A stretch of DNA of 20,000 nt, taken from Stramenopiles sp. TOSAG23-2. Taxonomy: Eukaryota. Shown in pieces: positions 1 through 9,444 of this stretch (within the stretch, counting starts at the first letter, position 1; every line of letters begins with the position of its first letter). The notes beneath the pieces were generated by a model that saw only the letters and a program-made list of their open reading frames with translations, was not told the origin of the DNA and did not search any database. Made by a program: the position numbers and the translations under genes. The stretch is taken from the NCBI GenBank assembly GCA_900128395.1, contig LT649245.1:44522-64521 (forward strand). Direction: 5' to 3'.

Positions 1-1
1 T

Positions 2-370
2 GAACTTGCTCTTTTCCAAGCACGAAAGCTTTCCTGGTTAGCAAATACAAGGAAAATCTTTTTATTTAGTAGCAACAACGTCGTTCCATATGATAGAAAT
101 GAAAAATACAATATCATGCAATTGGAATGGAGACAAGAATCACAATTGCTTGCAGCATCTGGTGTTGTATTTTATAATTTCTTAAAAACCCAACAAACTA
201 ACGGAAGTGCGTGGCAAAAGTACATATGCAATTTAAGTGGTGGTACAGATGCTAAATATGATATAACGGGGTTGGAAGATGTTATAATTAAAATGACCTT
301 GTTGGGAATGAAAAAAAATATAAATCGTACAAATAAAAATGGTGATGATGAGCAGAAAGAAGGGAATTGA
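2..370 (+). CDS. 3' end of a VWA (von Willebrand A)-like domain protein, 5' part outside the window
   Basis: Frame is open from position 2: ELALFQARKLSWLANTRKIFLFSSNNVVPYDRNEKYNIMQLEWRQESQLLAASGVVFYNF...ICNLSGG. This resembles the 'E.AL..A..LSW.....K.......PH......LDWR.E...L...GI.VY' segment of VwkA/alpha-kinase-type VWA domains; stop TGA at 368-370. Confidence 0.6.
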   Translation, partial: ELALFQARKLSWLANTRKIFLFSSNNVVPYDRNEKYNIMQLEWRQESQLLAASGVVFYNFLKTQQTNGSAWQKYICNLSGGTDAKYDITGLEDVIIKMTLLGMKKNINRTNKNGDDEQKEGN

Positions 371-1139
371 TATTTACGTGTAATAATATTTTTTAGTTTA
401 TCATAAACGCATATATATATTAAATTTTAACCAACAAATATAATAAGTATTTTCTCTGATATTATCCTTAATTTAAATTATTCACCTATCACTTTCCTCG
501 TTTGTTGTACTTGTTATACTAGAATATTAACCAGATATTCTGTGACAACTCCAAATCCCGTAGCGTCATGGGTTTTGGTTAAGTACAAGTTCTGTAGTCT
601 CTTCTCCGAAGAACTATTTGATAGGCGCAATACATGAGGATATATATCAGGTGTATATTTTAATAATTTAAAAAATAAAACTACACAGAATGGGAAAAAC
701 TTTTTTAACCAGGAATACATCTCGTTAAGGTTGCTAACATATATTAATATAATAATATGAGAATATGAGCTATATTATCCTTAACCTTACTGCAACAACT
801 AGTTTTTTGCCGTGGATGGAAATGATGATGATGCAATTCTCAGACAATTTAGCAGGTAAATAGTACAGAACTCTTACCAAAAGCTGATTGCTGTTTTCTG
901 GTTTGAGGAACAATAGTATACATATACTGTTGTCAGAGAGTCTCTGCTGTTGTGGTTATACCTGTAATAATACTGGAAATTATTATATATAGTATACCAG
1001 GTGGTATTCACAAAGACTAAACTGTTTGTTCCATTCATCCACTCAGACAATATTTATTAATTTTGTTTTGTGACATATAAATTATATATACAATATATAG
1101 TGCGTGTTTTTCTCTCTCTTTCTCTGTGTGTGCAACAAC

Positions 1140-2821
1140 ATGTTACCACCAATTGTTGGGAATGTTGAATGGGTTGTTACCAAAGTCTCGTCTGTATCAT
1201 CTGTTGGTGTTGGTATTTTTTTATTAAATGCTGCAGTGAATTATAGTGAAAATTTAATATTTGATAATATAGACCCTACAACACATATAAGTGACGTTGG
1301 AGAAAAAACATATATGACGTTGGTGGATAATGCAAAAATGGCACAAATTGCTATGCAACAATTTGGTTGCTTCTTTTTAGATAAAAAAACCATGAAAGAT
1401 GCAACGGAGAAACTAACAGATGTATTTGATATAACATTTGGCACTGCATATGTACATTTATCAACACTTGCTAAATATTTATTTGGTGAAGATTATGATA
1501 GAAACTAACAGATGTATTTGATATAACATTTGGCACTGCATATGTACATTTATCAACACTTGCTAAATATTTATTTGGTGAAGATTATGATAACAACAAT
1601 AAATATAGAAATATTAATACAAAAACAAATCAATCAAAAATGCAATACGAGGATGATGATGAGAACGATATAAAATTAACCTCGATAAACGTTGATATTA
1701 ACGTCAATGACAATAATAATAACAATGATACAAATCGCAGTAATAATAATGCTCTTGATATATCTATAACTAAAAACAAAGATGAGGAGAATAAACCAGA
1801 AAATGAAACGTCGTTGAAACTTATAAAGAATATTGCATATATCTCACTGTCTACGTTAACATTAGGTGCAGCAACTGTGGCTTTCCTTCCATTATTTTCA
1901 TTGCAATGTTTATGCAATCCGCGTTTAGCATTCCTAGGCAGCGTACGAGCAGCTACATTTACATTATTTATTTTAACACATCCAATTCATACGAAAAGTT
2001 TAATTGCATATTATGTATATGAAACGTCACAAACGTCGAAATTAGATGATGATATTAATCATGCCATTCGGCAAACGAAAATAAAAAGTATAAACAATGG
2101 CCAATTGTCCGGACCAGATACGCCAGCATCGTCGTCCAGCATCATAGTTATAGATAAACCAAAATCAATTATCAAAGTACGTGTTGTGAAAGCTAATAAT
2201 TTAAGAACTACAAAAGGTTTCTTTGGATATTGGAAAGAAAATCGTAGTCCATATGTTGAAGTTTATTTAACGTCAGTTGATGAAGAGACGAAAGAACAAT
2301 TTGTACAAAAAATAGGCAAAACTTCTACGCGCAATTCAACTGTAAATCCAAGCTGGGAACATAGCGATGAAGTGATCGAATTTGAAGTATTAAACGATGA
2401 TATCAAAACTGTTGTGGAAAAAATTAAATTTAAAATTTTCAGTGAAAGTGCACAACCAGGTGTTGGTGTGAAACATTTAGGTGATGCTGAGACTGATGTT
2501 CCTTCACCAATAAATGAGGAAACACAACAGTTTTTACAAAATCCAAATACGACACCAATTAAACAACGTAGTATTAGTAGCAATAGTAATGATGTTGATG
2601 AGGGTTTTGTATTGTCTGATGATGAAGGGAAAACAGAACAAATTGTTCAAACAAATATTACAATGCCCAAAGTCGATTCGCTTGAGAAAATTCCATTGTT
2701 TGTTACTCGATTAGACACTCGTGTTTTAACAATAATTGATCCACAAATGCCTGATGGTAATATTGACATTGGTACAATAACTGTTAATATTGGTCATTTT
2801 ATTGTTGATGAGACTTTGTAG
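1140..2821 (+). CDS. Membrane-associated C2-domain protein (~529 aa once one copy of the 92-bp duplication is removed)
   Basis: ORFs 1104-1508 and 1640-2821 join in frame (..GEDYD-NNNKYRNINTKTNQSK-MQYED..) when 1501-1592 is deleted. C2 motifs: IKVRVVKANNL, SPYVEVYL, KTSTRNSTVNPSW.....EFEV, IKFKIF, HLGDA. Hydrophobic stretch IAYISLSTLTLGAATVAFLPLF precedes the C2 domain. Confidence 0.75.
1409..1592. repeat. Exact tandem duplication, 2 x 92 bp
   Basis: 1409-1500 is identical to 1501-1592 (gaaactaacagatg...gaagattatgata). Confidence 0.97.
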
Positions 2822-2939
2822 AAAAGGGGGTGAAGAGATGCATATATATCTCTTTACTCTGCTGTGTGTGTGTGTGTTTGTGTATCAAACAGCACGGTGG
2901 TTTGAACCACGAGAAAATGATGATAAAATTAAAATTAAA

Positions 2940-4130
2940 TTACAACAAACTTTCGTATCTTTTGTACATGAATTCAGTTTTTTTTGCATGCCTAACTGCA
3001 TCACTTGCAATTAATTCTTGAATACGTTTTAATTCAGTTTGTGGCCAACTACTTCCATGCTCAAATGTTTGTTTTGCTATATGTTTGTAATATGGTAACA
3101 TTTTCACCGCTAATTTTTGTTTACTACTAACAATAATATTATTCACGTCGTAAGTGACTGCCTTGTCTTCCGTATCATCTTTCTTATCTATCGTTGTCAT
3201 TTTTTCAATATCATCAAATTCCTTCATGGCTTCTTCTGCTACTTTCATATTATTATCAAAGATGGAATCCATAAATCTTGCAGCGCAATCTTGTAAATTT
3301 GTTGTTGTGCCAGCATAATCTAATACATTTCCTCCTGTCATTCGCAATGCACCTGATGCTTTATTGAGGTAATGTACATAATTTTGTGGAGAATATCCCT
3401 CGTCATAAATACGAGGTACATCACTAAATTCACCAGATGGAAAAAATAATATTGTAGGATAACTAGTAACCCCGTATTTCAATGCATATTCTGGATGGTT
3501 TTCAACATCCATTTTACCTAATGTAATATGATCATCCGATCTATATGTTTTTGCAACAATGTCATAATCTTTTAACAACTGTTTGCTTTCTTTACTAAAA
3601 TCAGCATAAAAATAAACCATAACATTTTGTTTTTGATCCAATACGATTCCATCAAAATTTAATGGAGTCAACTTTACCACATATGTTTCTGCTGGTCGTA
3701 TTTGTTTATTTAAGTTTAATTTTTTATTGACAAAAGCAACCATATCCTCCGCATTTCTTCCACCTTTGAATCGTTTTGGTGTATTTGGCGCCCCTTTTGC
3801 ATACCATTTAAGGGTTGGAAAACCAGTGATTTCATGCCTGGAGCTTAATGCTTTTTCTTCATCTGCTTTTACTTGTGCTATGATAACACCGTCACTTGGT
3901 CTAAATGTTGCTGCAACTTTTTCAAGTTCTGGATATACTTTTTGACTATGCCTGCACCATGGCGCAGCAAATAAAACAAGTGCACTACGTTCACCATCCA
4001 TAATCATATTCCAATTTTCATCATCAAGCAACACTATTGAAGAATATTTACCATGTGCCGTTCCAGATACATTAGTTGTATGATATAAACATAGTACAAT
4101 AATAAATGTTATAATAGTTTGTTTATTCAT
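2940..4130 (-). CDS. Protein disulfide-isomerase family protein, ERp38-type (signal peptide-Trx-Trx-ERp29-like helical D domain), with degenerate active sites
   Basis: Signal peptide MNKQTIITFIIVLCLYHTTNVSG; two thioredoxin domains (LVLFAAPWCRHSQ...ITGFPTLKWY; MVYFYADFSKESK...YGVTSYPTILFF); C-terminal YYKHIAKQTFEHGSSWPQTELKRIQELI resembles the ERp29 D domain. First ATG at 4130. Confidence 0.9.
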   Translation of the reverse strand: MNKQTIITFIIVLCLYHTTNVSGTAHGKYSSIVLLDDENWNMIMDGERSALVLFAAPWCRHSQKVYPELEKVAATFRPSDGVIIAQVKADEEKALSSRHEITGFPTLKWYAKGAPNTPKRFKGGRNAEDMVAFVNKKLNLNKQIRPAETYVVKLTPLNFDGIVLDQKQNVMVYFYADFSKESKQLLKDYDIVAKTYRSDDHITLGKMDVENHPEYALKYGVTSYPTILFFPSGEFSDVPRIYDEGYSPQNYVHYLNKASGALRMTGGNVLDYAGTTTNLQDCAARFMDSIFDNNMKVAEEAMKEFDDIEKMTTIDKKDDTEDKAVTYDVNNIIVSSKQKLAVKMLPYYKHIAKQTFEHGSSWPQTELKRIQELIASDAVRHAKKTEFMYKRYESLL

Positions 4131-4694
4131 GTTTTTTTTATTCAAATAATTTATAATTATATATAATTATATATAATTATAAATTATTTGAATAAAAAAA
4201 ACATGAATAAACAAACTATTATAACATTTATTATTGTACTATGTTTATATCATACAACTAATGTATCTGGAACGGCACATGGTAAATATTCTTCAATAGT
4301 GTTGCTTGATGATGAAAATTGGAATATGATTATGGATGGTGAACGTAGTGCACTTGTTTTATTTGCTGCGCCATGGTGCAGGCATAGTCAAAAAGTATAT
4401 CCAGAACTTGAAAAAGTTGCAGCAACATTTAGACCAAGTGACGGTGTTATCATAGCACAAGTAAAAGCAGATGAAGAAAAAGCATTAAGCTCCAGGCATG
4501 AAATCACTGGTTTTCCAACCCTTAAATGGTATGCAAAAGGGGCGCCAAATACACCAAAACGATTCAAAGGTGGAAGAAATGCGGAGGATATGGTTGCTTT
4601 TGTCAATAAAAAATTAAACTTAAATAAACAAATACGACCAGCAGAAACATATGTGGTAAAGTTGACTCCATTAAATTTTGATGGAATCGTATTG
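3639..4694. repeat. Perfect spacer-less palindrome, 2 x 528 bp, centre between 4166 and 4167
   Basis: Position i pairs with 8333-i (e.g. ATG at 4130 minus / 4203 plus); mirrored ORFs have identical translations; centre is tataattatatataattatatataattata. Confidence 0.97.
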
Positions 4695-4715
4695 AATCAA
4701 AAATCATTCCATTGA
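4203..4715 (+). pseudogene. Truncated inverted copy of the PDI 5' part (probably chimeric artefact)
   Basis: Identical to the PDI N-terminus up to ..NFDGIVL, then runs into unrelated sequence and stops (NQKSFH*). Confidence 0.7.
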
Positions 4716-6030
4716 AACGATAAAAAGAACTTGATTGACATTTAATAATTTCATATAATGAGTTGTTAGAAATCTTAGATGATGATTCTTCTTCATCATT
4801 ATCTTCTCCTCCATGTAGTTCTTCAATATTATTATTATCACCCTTCTCCTCCTCCTCCTCCTCTAATCGACCAAGCAATGCTATAATTGCATTTAATGTT
4901 TTTTGATGTGGATCTAAAAAAATAAAAAGACTATTACTTGTTGCACGTTTTATAATTTCTGGTAATAATTCAAATTGACATGCATTTGTTTCAAATACTA
5001 CATATGAAAATATAAATAGATCAACATTGTTTACATGGTTTAATAAATCTTCGTTTATTTTATCACTTACATTACGTTTTAAATCACATTGTCGATATTC
5101 CATATTTATTTTAATTTTCTTATTCATATCATTGTCATTACCATCATTATTTGTCATTCCTGTTTTTTGTTGACATATTATTGTTGTTTGTTTACAATTT
5201 TCATGTAATGTTTTAATATTTTTAATAGTTTCGACAAATGTATTATTATTATTATTATTTTCAAAAATTTCATCAAGTAATGTAATAGATGTATTCCAAC
5301 TTGTACTAAAATCATATGATATAGCATTAATACATTGAATATTTTCAATAAATGATGCAATAAATAAAATTGCACCAATTAAATCATTTCCACATGCGCC
5401 ACCAATTGATGCGATATTTAATTTCGATTTATTAAAAATATTATTATTATTATGATTATTATTATTAAAATCAATTCCTACTATATTCTTGTTGTTCAAA
5501 GGAGATTTTGTTATATATTTATAAAGTGATGGTGCATTTTTTTCAATCTCTTTACGTCTTTCTGTATCTATCATGATATATAATAATACAAGAAACGTAC
5601 TTTCTATTCGAGTTTCAAATTTATCAAAAATATATGCATCTGTTGCTTTTTTAACTTCTTCTTCTTTTACATCTACTATTGAAATTTGATTAAAAAATTT
5701 TACTAAATCTTGATCTTGTACTATATCATTATTATTATTATTATTATCATTATTAATACTAATATTTGGAAAATGTTTTTCTAATCTTGATTTCAAAAAC
5801 GACCACATCGCAACACTAGCATACGAAGATATATGGTCTATATTTACAATTGCAGTAGAGCTATGGTTATTTCCCTGCTTTTTTACATTTAATAATATTG
5901 TCTTTGCCATTTCATATTTTTCATTTCTTTTAAATTGTGTTTTTTTATTTTTTAATCTTCTTTTAATTAATTTTTTATATGTATGGGGTTTCCCAACCTT
6001 TGGTTTTTTATTACTAGCTACTACTAACAT
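4603..6030 (-). CDS. Class I SAM-dependent methyltransferase-like protein; true C-terminus replaced at about 4695 by the palindrome arm
   Basis: Motif I-like LNIASIGGACGNDLIG, then ISYDFSTSW, YRQCDL, VDLFIFSYVVFE, LFIFLDP in Rossmann MTase order. Residues after ..FNGMIFD derive from the antisense strand of the PDI copy. Confidence 0.65.
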   Translation of the reverse strand: MLVVASNKKPKVGKPHTYKKLIKRRLKNKKTQFKRNEKYEMAKTILLNVKKQGNNHSSTAIVNIDHISSYASVAMWSFLKSRLEKHFPNISINNDNNNNNNDIVQDQDLVKFFNQISIVDVKEEEVKKATDAYIFDKFETRIESTFLVLLYIMIDTERRKEIEKNAPSLYKYITKSPLNNKNIVGIDFNNNNHNNNNIFNKSKLNIASIGGACGNDLIGAILFIASFIENIQCINAISYDFSTSWNTSITLLDEIFENNNNNNTFVETIKNIKTLHENCKQTTIICQQKTGMTNNDGNDNDMNKKIKINMEYRQCDLKRNVSDKINEDLLNHVNNVDLFIFSYVVFETNACQFELLPEIIKRATSNSLFIFLDPHQKTLNAIIALLGRLEEEEEEKGDNNNIEELHGGEDNDEEESSSKISNNSLYEIIKCQSSSFYRFNGMIFDSIRFHQNLMESTLPHMFLLVVFVYLSLIFY

Positions 6031-6358
6031 TGTTGTTATTATTGTTATTATTATTATTATTAGTCGATGAATTTAATGACGATGATGAAATTGTTGTTTG
6101 ATTCTTATTTTTTCTATACATCTATGTGTGAAAGATGGTGCTGATTTGTATCTACTATTACTATCTTTCTATATGTTCTTGTTATATATCTTAAAAATGA
6201 ATTAGAATGAAAAAATGATGAAAAAATAAAAAAACACAAATAATAAAAGAAGATACATATATATCGTGTAAGATAATAATACAACCTTTTCAGATATATA
6301 TATATAACCATATCATTGAGAAAAATTATCAACAGACACATATTAACAAACTCAAACC

Positions 6359-6662
6359 ATGCCGAGGAAAAATAAAAGAAAAAAAAAGAAAAATAATTCT
6401 ATTGCAAGTTCGTTGGTTGCATCCATGAAGAATGGTACACTTGGTAATGATGATTTATTTGCTAATATTCAAAAACAAATTAATGTTCAAGTAACAGAAG
6501 AAGAAGAAGCAAGAGAAGAAGATAAAAATAAAGAACAAACACCAGTTAAAGCTGGTGAAATAGACGATAATAATAATAATAATAAACTTGTGATAACATC
6601 ATCAGATGACAATAATGATAATAAGAAACCTATTATACATACACCACAAGGAAAGGAAGATC

Positions 6663-6710
<48 letters not shown>

Positions 6711-7501
6711 TAAATAATAATGTTATTATTGATGGTAAAAATGCGAAAGAAGTAAACAACAATAATAATAATATTACGTCAGAAGATTTTAGAACATATC
6801 AACAACAAGTAGGATTATTAAAAATAGACATTGATACGAATCATACAGAAATGAAATCAAGTAATAGCTATATTAACAACAAAAGTAATTATGAATCATC
6901 AATTGATATAGATGAATCCAATATAATATTAAAAAATGATGAAAATAAAGAACGTGTAAAAAATAGAATACGTCAAAAATTAATTCAAAGATCGAAAATA
7001 TCAGATAGGGATATATCTTTTAAATTACAACATAATATTGGTGAATTATTAGGAAATTATGATTTAATCTCATTGGAAGTTCAAAAACATTTAGAAAGTG
7101 AAAATGAACAATCATTATATGCATATTGTAATTATGATATGAGTGATGAATATGTACGTAAATATACATATAAACAAGAACAAATACAAAAACAGAAAGA
7201 AGATAAAAAAAAAAGGAAGAAGAATGAAGATATTAATAAGAAGAATATACAACAACATCATATGACTGATGTAAATTATTTCAAAAATAAAAAGAATAAT
7301 AATAATAATAGAAAGAAGAAAGAGGAAATTAATATTACAAATATTTTAAATAAACAAAATAAACAACGTTTATATGCTTCACGACAACGATTAAATGAAC
7401 TTGAATTAAAATTAGAAATGAGAGAAGCAGCTGAAAGGCAAGTCCGTAAAGCACAATTAGCACGATTTTTAGCTCGTAGAACTGGTAGTAAATTAAAATA
7501 A
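6359..7501 (+). CDS. Hypothetical low-complexity Asn/Lys/Glu-rich protein with basic N-terminus and C-terminal coiled coil
   Basis: 380-codon ATG-to-TAA ORF in very AT-rich DNA; MPRKNKRKKKK start; poly-N tracts; no recognisable domain. Confidence 0.7.
6664..6710. repeat. (AAT)n microsatellite encoding poly-Asn
   Basis: Uninterrupted run of about 15 aat units within the ORF. Confidence 0.9.
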
Positions 7502-7674
7502 ATATATATATATACACTTCGATATATGTTTTGTTAACCGAGAGAGAGAGAGAGAGAGAGTAAAGCACAATTAGCACGATTTTTAGCTCGTAGAACTGGT
7601 AGTAAATTAAAATAAATATATATATATACACTTCGATATATGTTTTGTTAACCGAGAGAGAGAGAGAGAGAGAG
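7447..7674. repeat. Exact tandem duplication, 2 x 114 bp, spanning a stop codon and ending in (AG)10
   Basis: 7447-7560 is identical to 7561-7674. Confidence 0.95.
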
Positions 7675-7942
7675 TTTGAAGAAGAAAAAAACGAAAATTC
7701 TAATCAACAACGATGATGAAAATGTTTGATATGTTTTTCCATTGAATAATTAAAAATATATATCCACATTTATATTCAAGTTTATACCGACCAGGTACAT
7801 ACCTGTAGTAAATATTGTCTCCCATTATTATTACATCCACCACACAAATATTAATTATAGATACAATGTCCATCAGTTGTGTTGTAGAAAAAGAAAAATT
7901 CAACAACAAACATACAATTATAAAATATATTATACTGTATAC

Positions 7943-8152
7943 TATATTATCAGTATAGAAAGAAAGAAAATAAATATATAAATATACATATATTATATTA
8001 AATTATATATATATACATACATACATACATACCATTATTTTATATATTATATTATCAGTATAGAAAGAAAGAAAATAAATATATAAATATACATATATTA
8101 TATTAAATTATATATATATACATACATACATACATACCATTATTTTATATAT
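7943..8152. repeat. Exact tandem duplication, 2 x 105 bp, just upstream of APRT
   Basis: tatattatcagtatagaaagaaag... starts at 7943 and again at 8048. Confidence 0.93.
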
Positions 8153-8181
8153 TATAGATATATTATAGATATAATAAAAAC

Positions 8182-8916
8182 ATGGACGCATATCTTTCAC
8201 CAGAAGCTTTAATCATGTTTGCAGCAGGTGTATCTGTTGGTTATTTATTATTAAATAAAAATAGTAATAACAAGAACAAAGGTATTGTTGATTATTCTCC
8301 TAATGGTGAGATTGCAAAGCGCATTGCGAGTGTAACACCATACTTTCCATTTAAAGGTATACCACGATTTTATGATATCGGTGGGTTTTTAAAAGACCCA
8401 GAAGCATTTCAACTAGCAATTGATGTATTTGTGGAAAGATATCGTGGAAAAGATATTGATTCTATTTGTGGTTTTGATGCACGTGGTTTTGTTTTAGGCC
8501 CACCAATTGCATTAGCATTGAAAAAACCATTTTTCATGCTACGAAAAAAGGGTAAAATGCCAAATGCCATCTCTGGAACGGAATATGGTAAAGAATATGC
8601 TGGACGTGATATATTGACCATACCACGTGGTGCAGTGAAAAAAGGTGACAGAGTTTTATTGATTGATGATTTAGTTGCTACTGGCGGTACATTATGTGCA
8701 GGTCTTGAATTGGTGAAAAAATTAGGTGGTGTAGCAGTTGAATGTGCAACTGTTGTGGAAATTAAATTTTTAAATGCTCGTAAAAAATTTGATGATGAAG
8801 GACATAAAGATGTACCTATATGGGCATTAATGGATGAAAACATTTTAACATTGGATGGATTGAAAGATCCAACTATTGATAGTGCGAATTATACTGATGA
8901 TGGGGAAGCACATTAA
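8182..8916 (+). CDS. APRT: Adenine phosphoribosyltransferase with N-terminal hydrophobic extension
   Basis: PYFPFKGIPRFYDI, ICGFDARGFVLGPPIALAL, LRKKGKMP, EYGKEY, PRPP-binding loop VLLIDDLVATGGT. Confidence 0.95.
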   Translation: MDAYLSPEALIMFAAGVSVGYLLLNKNSNNKNKGIVDYSPNGEIAKRIASVTPYFPFKGIPRFYDIGGFLKDPEAFQLAIDVFVERYRGKDIDSICGFDARGFVLGPPIALALKKPFFMLRKKGKMPNAISGTEYGKEYAGRDILTIPRGAVKKGDRVLLIDDLVATGGTLCAGLELVKKLGGVAVECATVVEIKFLNARKKFDDEGHKDVPIWALMDENILTLDGLKDPTIDSANYTDDGEAH

Positions 8917-9065
8917 AATATTTTTTTGTATAATATTTTTAAATAAATAAAGAATTTCCAGGGGAAAGATCCAACTATTGATAGTGCGAATTATACTGAT
9001 GATGGGGAAGCACATTAAAATATTTTTTTGTATAATATTTTTAAATAAATAAAGAATTTCCAGGG
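8862..9065. repeat. Exact tandem duplication, 2 x 102 bp, spanning the APRT stop codon and ending at a G run
   Basis: gaaagatccaactattgat...gaatttccaggg at 8862-8963 and 8964-9065. Confidence 0.95.
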
Positions 9066-9444
9066 GGGGGTGATTAAAAGTTTTTTTTAAAAATGCGCAC
9101 TTTTGTTAAATTGTACGAAAGTTAGATGCTAAAAAAATATGATGAGAGTATGTATATTTCTTTATTGAAAAAATGTACTTACGTAAAAAGTATGATATAA
9201 TAATTAAAATATATACATATGTGAGTAAGAGAACATTTTATATATGATGTGCGTGTAAATATTGATATATGTGTTTTTCTCTTACTCATATATCAATATA
9301 TATATATTTTTAATTTTAATATTAATTATATCGGATGGTTAAAATCTAAAGTTAAATAATAATTTTTACACTTCACGTGTTAAGTAATTAATATATTATA
9401 TACTATATGCATACGCTTCGTATTTTTTTTAGCGGGACCCTCAA

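Noticed and set aside
514..720. 68-aa minus-strand ORF and possible small exons in 720-1000
   Set aside because: No recognisable motif; candidate splice sites gave no convincing gene model.
4141..4192. Palindrome centre as a covalently closed hairpin telomere (protelomerase site)
   Set aside because: Symmetry stops after 528 bp and unique genes continue on both sides; no protelomerase gene in the window.
7335..7909. Minus-strand ORFs 7335-7631 and 7700-7909
   Set aside because: The first is a by-product of the 114-bp duplication and microsatellites; the second is short, begins at a non-ATG codon and has no motif.
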